42,041 nt of DNA from a virus (taxonomy: Duplodnaviria; Caudoviricetes), in IMG/VR virus record IMGVR_UViG_3300017707_001954, positions 1 to 42,041 of that record. One strand, written 5' to 3'. This document shows, in pieces, positions 37,233 through 42,041 of the stretch. The position numbers and the translations under genes are program-made. A model generated the notes under the pieces. That model saw only the letters and a list, made by a program, of their open reading frames with translations. It ran no database searches and had not been told where the DNA came from. The first letter of the stretch is position 1, and every line of letters starts with the position of its first letter.

Positions 37233-37462
37233 TTTGGAAGGCCGTGACGCATTCGCACACATGGCAGAGGATCAATGATGCCTCAATCATGGATGTAAAT
37301 GACACATATCCGCCAACTCATATCGACTACATCAGCCCGAAACGCTGGTGTCCTGAATGCGGGCGGATGGAATGGTATGTAGGGCCTGAAGTCTGCGGCG
37401 GAGATCGAGCACGATGGGTGCCGTTCTCGCCATGGACTGACGATGATGAGCCGAACCGCTAG
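37175..37462 (+). CDS. Cassette 6 ORF, hypothetical with H-x-H...CPEC metal-binding motif
   Basis: Starts in its own attC loop; ends EPNR* inside the next attC. Confidence 0.65.
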   Translation: MKSQTTTPPTEGWHQWLVRLWKAVTHSHTWQRINDASIMDVNDTYPPTHIDYISPKRWCPECGRMEWYVGPEVCGGDRARWVPFSPWTDDDEPNR

Positions 37463-37543
37463 GGCTATGCCGCCCGCAACTGAATCGGACCATGGAAAGT
37501 AACAGCACAGCTATTGAAGGTCGTCATCAGCCCCTTGTTCGGC
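37450..37543 (-). repeat. attC of cassette 5
   Basis: Minus strand: GCCGAAC-AAGGG-GCTGATGA ... GCATAGC-CCTAGCG-GTTCGGC. Confidence 0.8.
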
Positions 37544-37845
37544 CTCTTCGGGCGAAGGACATGGCCGCATTCTTCAACGCCGACCCAACACCGGAAACGC
37601 TGGTCAAGATCGCCTGCGCCATGGACGCCGAGACATCGGAAATCCTCAAATCAAGGGGTATCCAGAAAGACGCCTCGTTCTTATCGCTCCTGAAAGAGCA
37701 GGACAACAAGTGGCAGGCTTTCGCCCGTCGCTGCCCAGACGTGAACCCGATGGCATTCCGGCTAGTCATGCAAAAACTCCACCCAACCACTGCGGCCTTT
37801 GCTTGGCCGAACGACAGAATCCACCCACATGATGGGCGTAAATAG
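37492..37845 (+). CDS. Cassette 5 ORF, hypothetical
   Basis: Starts in the attC loop; ends WPNDRIHPHDGRK* inside the next attC. Confidence 0.7.
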   Translation: MESNSTAIEGRHQPLVRPLRAKDMAAFFNADPTPETLVKIACAMDAETSEILKSRGIQKDASFLSLLKEQDNKWQAFARRCPDVNPMAFRLVMQKLHPTTAAFAWPNDRIHPHDGRK

Positions 37846-37905
37846 ACATCCGCTTTCACGCAAGACACTGCCGCCCATCATGTTGGGTGCGATGCCTTGT
37901 TCAGC
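37806..37905 (-). repeat. attC of cassette 4
   Basis: Minus strand: GCTGAAC-AAGGC-ATCGCACC-CAACATGATGGGCG ... CGCCCATCATGTG-GGTGGAT-TCTGTC-GTTCGGC; two extrahelical bases. Confidence 0.9.
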
Positions 37906-38026
37906 TTTGACCGCAGCAGAGGACGCTCTGCCGATGGCCTCTGGGCCGGAACTGCGGGCAGGAGTGGCAGACGTAAACCCACCCCGCTACCTCTCGGCGT
38001 AACAACAGCGGAGGAAACTTTCGACC

Positions 38027-38275
38027 ATGAACAACATACACTGCATCCCAGTCGGAAACGGCGAGCCAATACATGAATGTCACACGCTCTGCTGGTGCCA
38101 TCCGGTGAAGGACACCGAATCCGTAAATCTCTATGCCCACAACGCGAAAGACTGCCGCGAGAAGTGGGAGCGCCAAGGACTCGAAATGCCATCTGAGTCC
38201 TTGTGGGTGACTGTGGAAGAGAAGCTGAACGAATCAAGTGATGGCGCGGCGGGCTGCGGCCCGAACTCGCCTTGA
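38027..38275 (+). CDS. Cassette 4 ORF, Cys/His-rich small protein
   Basis: GGAGG upstream; H-x-x-P...H....CWCHP...H motif; stop inside the next attC. Confidence 0.7.
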   Translation: MNNIHCIPVGNGEPIHECHTLCWCHPVKDTESVNLYAHNAKDCREKWERQGLEMPSESLWVTVEEKLNESSDGAAGCGPNSP

Positions 38276-38312
38276 GAGCTTATCGCCGTCGGCCATCCAC
38301 GTCTTGTTCGTG
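38224..38312 (-). repeat. attC of cassette 3
   Basis: Minus strand: CACGAAC-AAGAC-GTGGATGG-CCGACGGCG ... CGCCGCG-CCATCAC-TTGATTC-GTTCAGC. Confidence 0.85.
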
Positions 38313-38344
38313 GGCGGCGGACTGGCACGAAAGACACCGAAACC

Positions 38345-38581
38345 ATGATCACAATCCCCGAATCTTACATGCTGCTGAACTGCGGAAAGTGCGGTCACGA
38401 GGCTGACTTCTTCGACTTCTGTCGCACGCCGATCACCGGCGAACTTCCTAGCGGAACCCACCAATGCCCTAAGTGCCGGAAGGCATGGAAAATGGAAAAG
38501 TATGAGGAAGGCCAATGGCTCGCCACTGGCCAATACATCCCACCAGGCCGCCGTGCTGTCTCAATCCCCACCATCCTCTAA
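38345..38581 (+). CDS. Cassette 3 ORF a, zinc-ribbon protein
   Basis: CGKC ... CPKC. Confidence 0.7.
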   Translation: MITIPESYMLLNCGKCGHEADFFDFCRTPITGELPSGTHQCPKCRKAWKMEKYEEGQWLATGQYIPPGRRAVSIPTIL

Positions 38582-38583
38582 TC

Positions 38584-38880
38584 ATGTCCGATCTACCTGA
38601 AACACTCTGGGGGCCGCTGTGGCGGCACATGCACAACGAGCACGGCCTGATCCTGCTCGATGACGAATGCAACCAAATCGCGCAAGCCGCCGATGAAGCA
38701 AGGATGGCCGCTGGAACGCCAGTGGCAATGATCCTGATCAACGCGCTGCGGAGCCTGAGCAAAAAGGAGCTGGTGACGCTGGGCAAGGCAATCGCGGATC
38801 GCTGCGGACACAGGCTCGAACCAGCAATTTGTCCCACGAACGCCGCTGGTGAGGCGACGGCGAGCGATACGCGCCGATGA
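38584..38880 (+). CDS. Cassette 3 ORF b, hypothetical
   Basis: ATG 2 nt after the previous stop (MSDLPETLWGPLW); ends PTNAAGEATASDTRR* inside the next attC. Confidence 0.65.
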   Translation: MSDLPETLWGPLWRHMHNEHGLILLDDECNQIAQAADEARMAAGTPVAMILINALRSLSKKELVTLGKAIADRCGHRLEPAICPTNAAGEATASDTRR

Positions 38881-38927
38881 CATGATAGACCAACTTCGAG
38901 CCGTTGCCTCCAGCAGCATGGTTCAGC
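38835..38927 (-). repeat. attC of cassette 2
   Basis: Minus strand: GCTGAAC-CATGCT-GCTGGAGG-CAACGGC ... GCCGTCG-CCTCACC-AGCGGC-GTTCGTG. Confidence 0.85.
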
Positions 38928-38945
38928 CCGAAACCTCCCACGACT

Positions 38946-39215
38946 ATGACCATACAGAGCCTCACGCAAGATCACGAAGCCGCCGCCAAAGCACTCATGG
39001 ACGGCATCAAAGAGCTGATACCTGTCGGCACAAAACTGCGAATCCTCATGCGGGGGCGCGGTGGCAAAACCATTGACGCTGAAGTCATCTCCCACGGCCA
39101 CGCATGGAGCATCAAGTATCCTCACGAGGTGCATGTGAAGAATCTCAAAACAGGCAAGACTCGCACGATAGATGTCCATCCCGAGTTCGGACACCGCTAC
39201 GAGGTCATTGGCTGA
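38946..39215 (+). CDS. Cassette 2 ORF, small SH3-like beta protein (hypothetical)
   Basis: MTIQSLTQD...PVGTKLRI...VHVKNLKTGKTRTI; TGA lies inside the GCTGAAC core. Confidence 0.65.
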   Translation: MTIQSLTQDHEAAAKALMDGIKELIPVGTKLRILMRGRGGKTIDAEVISHGHAWSIKYPHEVHVKNLKTGKTRTIDVHPEFGHRYEVIG

Positions 39216-39272
39216 ACGCTTGAGATCAGCCACTGAGCCTAAGCGAAGTTGGACTGCATCTCATTGTTCTCT
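39211..39272 (-). repeat. attC of cassette 1 (62 bp, minimal size)
   Basis: Minus strand: AGAGAAC-AAT-GAGATGCAGTCCAACT ... AGTGGCTGATCTC-AAGC-GTTCAGC. Confidence 0.85.
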
Positions 39273-39302
39273 GACGTTGGTAAAAAATCTCCAAATAAGG
39301 AC

Positions 39303-39331
39303 TTGCACAATGTAGCTTAATGCTACATAAT
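39303..39331 (+). promoter_or_regulatory. Cassette-internal sigma70 promoter with an overlapping palindromic operator
   Basis: TTGCAC-17 bp-CATAAT; ATGTAGC-TTAAT-GCTACAT (39310-39328); GGGGA then ATG 39340. Confidence 0.75.
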
Positions 39332-39339
39332 GGGGACAT

Positions 39340-39567
39340 ATGAAACCACCATTACTACAAATCAAAATCGGGAGTCAGGCACGCATCACAGCCATTAGTC
39401 TTCAACATGCCCGAGCAATTTGGGAGCAGTATCGCGCCGACAAAGATCTTGGCGCAAGCAATGCACCCAAAGTTCTTCTCTATCTGGATGGAGTGAAGAT
39501 CGGACACATGAGCTACAATGGCCGTATCTGGGACTTGGACAATGTAGAAATGGAGGCAGCAGCGTGA
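39340..39567 (+). CDS. Cassette 1 ORF a, hypothetical (HMSYNGRIW motif)
   Basis: Own promoter and RBS; coupled to the next gene by a GTGA overlap. Confidence 0.75.
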   Translation: MKPPLLQIKIGSQARITAISLQHARAIWEQYRADKDLGASNAPKVLLYLDGVKIGHMSYNGRIWDLDNVEMEAAA

Positions 39568-40235
39568 GAGTCCTTATCGGCTATGAATCATCAGGCATGA
39601 CTCGCGAAGCCTTTAGGCGGCGCGGGCATGATGCGTGGTCGTGCGATATACAGCCCGCTGACGATAACTCTTCGTATCACTATCAATGTGACATTCGCGA
39701 TGTCGTCCACATGGGGTGGGACCTAGCCATCTTCCACCCATCATGCACTTACCTTACGTGTTCCGCAGAGTGGGCTTATGGTGACGGTCCATATCACATG
39801 AACCTAAAGATAGGAACGCTTGTGGGCAAAGCCAGACGGCAAGCCCGCGAAGCGGCGATAGCCGAAGTAAAATGGCTGTGGGCGCTGCCGATTGAGCGCA
39901 TAGTGATCGAAAACCCAAAAGGCGCTTTATCAACGCGATGGAGGAAGCCGACACAAATAATTCAGCCTCACGAGTATGGTGACGACGCCAGCAAAGAAAC
40001 GCACATCTGGAGCCGGGGATGCTCTCTTATGACCCCGACGTTGCATGTAGCTCCTCGCATCGTGGAGCATCCAAAAGGATCAGGAAAACTGGTCAAGCGC
40101 TGGGCCAATCAAACCGACTCAGGACAGAATAAACTTACGCCATCACAAACCCGATGGAAAGAGCGAAGCAAGACCTATCCCGGTATTGCTGAAGCCCTCG
40201 CATCGCAACTTCTCCAAGATTTTCGCCTCGTATGA
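39564..40235 (+). CDS. Cassette 1 ORF b, short phage-type C5-cytosine DNA methyltransferase-like protein
   Basis: MRVLIGYESSG (motif I variant), AWSCD, FHPSCT (PC-motif variant), IENP. GTG start after GGAGG. Confidence 0.75.
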   Translation: MRVLIGYESSGMTREAFRRRGHDAWSCDIQPADDNSSYHYQCDIRDVVHMGWDLAIFHPSCTYLTCSAEWAYGDGPYHMNLKIGTLVGKARRQAREAAIAEVKWLWALPIERIVIENPKGALSTRWRKPTQIIQPHEYGDDASKETHIWSRGCSLMTPTLHVAPRIVEHPKGSGKLVKRWANQTDSGQNKLTPSQTRWKERSKTYPGIAEALASQLLQDFRLV

Positions 40236-40447
40236 CGCCAGATCAATACAAAGCCACCCGTGAGCGCCTCGGCACACAAGCCGAGGTCGCTCTCATGCTC
40301 GGCGTGAATCGCGTGACTGTCGCGAAGCGGGAGAACGGCACCATGACCATCACAAACGAGGCAGTCCTAGCGATTCAGTCGCTCCGAAGGCCGAGACGTA
40401 AACGCAAGTCAGAGAACACTGATTATCCCGACCAGCTTTCCAGATAG
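40232..40447 (+). CDS. Cassette 1 ORF c, XRE HTH protein whose C-terminus crosses attI
   Basis: MTPDQYKATRERLGTQAEVALMLGVNRVTVAKRENG. Confidence 0.85.
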   Translation: MTPDQYKATRERLGTQAEVALMLGVNRVTVAKRENGTMTITNEAVLAIQSLRRPRRKRKSENTDYPDQLSR

Positions 40448-40450
40448 CCA
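40411..40450 (-). other. attI site (core GTTCTCT on the minus strand; crossover between 40416 and 40417)
   Basis: GTCAGAGAAC (40408-40417) is the exact reverse complement of GTTCTCTGAC (39266-39275) of the first attC. No attC hairpin follows, and it lies ~60 bp upstream of intI. Confidence 0.8.
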
Positions 40451-40475
40451 CCCCAAAACCAGAAACACCACCGCC

Positions 40476-41498
40476 ATGACACTCCCCGAAATGGTTGAAC
40501 AAGTCCGCATCGTCTGCCGAATGCGCCGACTTTCCCGGCACACCGAGGATTGTTACAGCGGCTGGATCACACGCTTTGCCGCGCACGTCCGCACCTGTCC
40601 GGAACTCAGCCGCGACGAGCGCGTGCGCACCTACCTCGAAAAGCTCGCCCCGCGCACCTCCGCAAGCACCCAAAACCAAGCCCTGAACGCCATCGTCTTC
40701 CTGTATCGCGATGTCATCAAAGAACCCTTGGGTGACCTTGGCAAATGGGCACGGGCCAAACGCCCCGCCCGCCTGCCCACCTGGCTATCACCGCAGGAAA
40801 TGCAGCGCCTGCTTGATCAAATGCCGCCCGGCACCCGCATGATGGCCGAACTCGCTTATGGCTCGGGCCTGCGCGTGGCCGAGCTGCTCGCCCTCCGCAT
40901 CAAAGACATCGACCTTGATGCCCATCTCGTCACCGTCAGAGGCGGCAAGGGTGACAAAGACCGCATCACCGTCCTACCCCGCAGCCTCATGCATCGGCTT
41001 CACGCCCATCTCAACCGCATCCGCGTCCTCTATGATGGCGACCGCGCCGCCAGCGCCCCGCCCATCTACCTCCCCGATGGCCTCGAGCGCAAGTTTCCCA
41101 ATGCCGGCCGCGAGTGGGCATGGTTTTGGCTATGGCCAGCCGCCAGCCACAGCACCGATCCCCGCACCGGCATCCACCGCCGCCATCACGTCCACGAAGA
41201 CACGCTCGGCAAAGCCCTCAAACTTGCCACCCGCAAAGCCGGACTGCACAAACGAGTCACCGCCCACACCCTCCGGCACAGCTTTGCCACCAATCTCCTC
41301 GCCAGTGGTGCCAGCATCACCCAAGTGCAGGAACTCCTCGGCCATAACAGCGTCGAAACCACCCAGGTCTATCTTCACTGCGTCCCCCAGTTCGCCGCCA
41401 CCATCACCAGCCCGCTTGATGCTCTGCCAGCAGCGTCAAACATCCTTCCCTTTCACGTCCCATCCTCACAGTCCCAGCCCCTTGCCCGCACCGCATGA
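40476..41498 (+). CDS. intI: Integron integrase (IntI family)
   Basis: SASTQNQALNAIVFLYR, YGSGLRVAE, GGKGDKDR, HTLRHSFAT, LLGH..V.TT.VY, plus the integron-specific insertion IYLPDGLERKFPNAGREWAWFWLWP...DPRTG..RRHH. Confidence 0.95.
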   Translation: MTLPEMVEQVRIVCRMRRLSRHTEDCYSGWITRFAAHVRTCPELSRDERVRTYLEKLAPRTSASTQNQALNAIVFLYRDVIKEPLGDLGKWARAKRPARLPTWLSPQEMQRLLDQMPPGTRMMAELAYGSGLRVAELLALRIKDIDLDAHLVTVRGGKGDKDRITVLPRSLMHRLHAHLNRIRVLYDGDRAASAPPIYLPDGLERKFPNAGREWAWFWLWPAASHSTDPRTGIHRRHHVHEDTLGKALKLATRKAGLHKRVTAHTLRHSFATNLLASGASITQVQELLGHNSVETTQVYLHCVPQFAATITSPLDALPAASNILPFHVPSSQSQPLARTA

Positions 41499-42041
41499 GC
41501 ACCACCCCAGCCACCATCATCACCCCGCTTGGCCTTGAAGTGCCCACACCGCCCGCCCATGAGTGGCGCGAGCACACAACCGAGCGCTGGCGCGACCGTG
41601 ACCCCGAGAGCCACGCATTCGCCCTCCACCTCGTCCGCCAGCTCGGCATCACTAATAAAACCCAAATCACCGAGCTAGTCGATCAGCACCGCGCCGCCCG
41701 CCAGCTCCCCGGCATCTCCCGCAACAGCATCATCGCCCTCTTCAACGACACCACCGAGTTCAAGCCCGGCGAAATAGACGAAATCATCCGCCGCCGCTCC
41801 AGTCTCCTCACCGCCGACACCCTCGACAAAATCGAAACCCTTCTCGACAAAGCCAAAGCCGCCAAAGACCTCGGCGCCGCCGCCATGGCCCTCACCGCCG
41901 TTTACAACGTCAAACAAATCTCCAGCGGCGGCGCCACAAGGATCAGCGGCCAAACCAGCGACAGCCAAAAAGCCCGCACCTTCGACGAACTTCGCGCCCG
42001 CGCTCGCGCCCTACTCAGCACCCCCCAGCCGCCCGAACTTC
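41495..42041 (+). CDS. Partial ORF (182+ aa, runs off the end), possible terminase small subunit-like protein
   Basis: ATGA-coupled to the intI stop, with no stop before the window end. The helical AKDLGAAAMALTAVYNVKQISSGGATRI segment resembles TerS-type proteins. Confidence 0.5.
   Translation, partial: MSTTPATIITPLGLEVPTPPAHEWREHTTERWRDRDPESHAFALHLVRQLGITNKTQITELVDQHRAARQLPGISRNSIIALFNDTTEFKPGEIDEIIRRRSSLLTADTLDKIETLLDKAKAAKDLGAAAMALTAVYNVKQISSGGATRISGQTSDSQKARTFDELRARARALLSTPQPPEL

Larger units (their letters stand above)
37130..41498. mobile_element. Complete phage-borne integron: intI + attI + six cassettes
   Basis: IntI-family integrase with an attI core upstream of its start and six attC sites in the polarity expected for that intI. 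Confidence 0.9.
1..42041. mobile_element. Temperate tailed phage genome (podovirus-like), probably complete and in circular/excised form
   Basis: TerL, portal, scaffold, capsid, ejection proteins, endolysin, DnaB, SSB and integrase are all present. The tRNA-derived att core has phage genes on both sides. No host housekeeping genes. The ORF at the right end continues plausibly at position 2. Confidence 0.93.

Noticed and set aside
37527-39233. Minus-strand ORFs in the cassettes (37527-37868, 37878-38237, 38469-39233) that would give canonical orientation
   Set aside because: They mostly straddle cassette boundaries and lack RBS or motifs. The plus-strand ORFs tile the cassettes with RBSs and coupled starts.
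37130-39272. CRISPR array or simple terminators as the explanation for the spaced palindromes
   Set aside because: The repeats differ in sequence, are 320-1200 bp apart, lack U-tracts and have no cas genes nearby. They fit attC structure.
39420-39563. ORF-track N-terminal extension of the methyltransferase
   Set aside because: It overlaps ORF 39340-39567. GTG 39564 has a GGAGG RBS and begins at motif I.
40418-40475. LexA/SOS box upstream of intI
   Set aside because: CTGATTATCCCGACCAG has an 11 nt spacer rather than CTG-N10-CAG, and I see no other convincing palindrome.
40476-41498. XerC/D or a second prophage integrase
   Set aside because: It carries the IntI-specific insertion and sits beside attI and attC sites; a separate integrase with attP exists at 441-2160.

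Overview
This window is an apparently complete (or near-complete), circularly permuted ~42 kb temperate phage genome with podovirus-like organisation. It has portal, scaffold, DUF5309/SU10-type capsid and large ejection proteins, and no recognisable tape measure or sheath. It appears to be the excised form: the prophage tyrosine integrase (441-1862) sits next to an attP made of the 3' half of a tRNA-Gln(CUG). The ORF running off the right end appears to resume at the left end. The minus strand (2156-33456) carries virion, lysis, packaging and replication genes; the plus strand (33621-end) carries early and accessory genes. The main discovery is a complete integron inside the phage: an IntI-family integrase (40476-41498), an attI core at 40411-40417 and six attC sites (37130-39272). 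These delimit six cassettes, and each cassette's two flanking core boxes are exact complements. Unlike textbook integrons, every cassette ORF is antisense to the attC polarity and points toward intI. Several ORFs start inside their own attC, and most terminal ORFs run through the crossover in one fixed frame and take their stop codon from the neighbouring site. Secondary finds are a CTT-TAG-C +1 frameshift candidate joining a probable virion protein to a trypsin-like protease, unusual lysis-module fusions, and a sharp strand-skew inversion near 32350. A Verrucomicrobiota-like host is inference only. All product calls come from motif recognition by eye; no searches were run.
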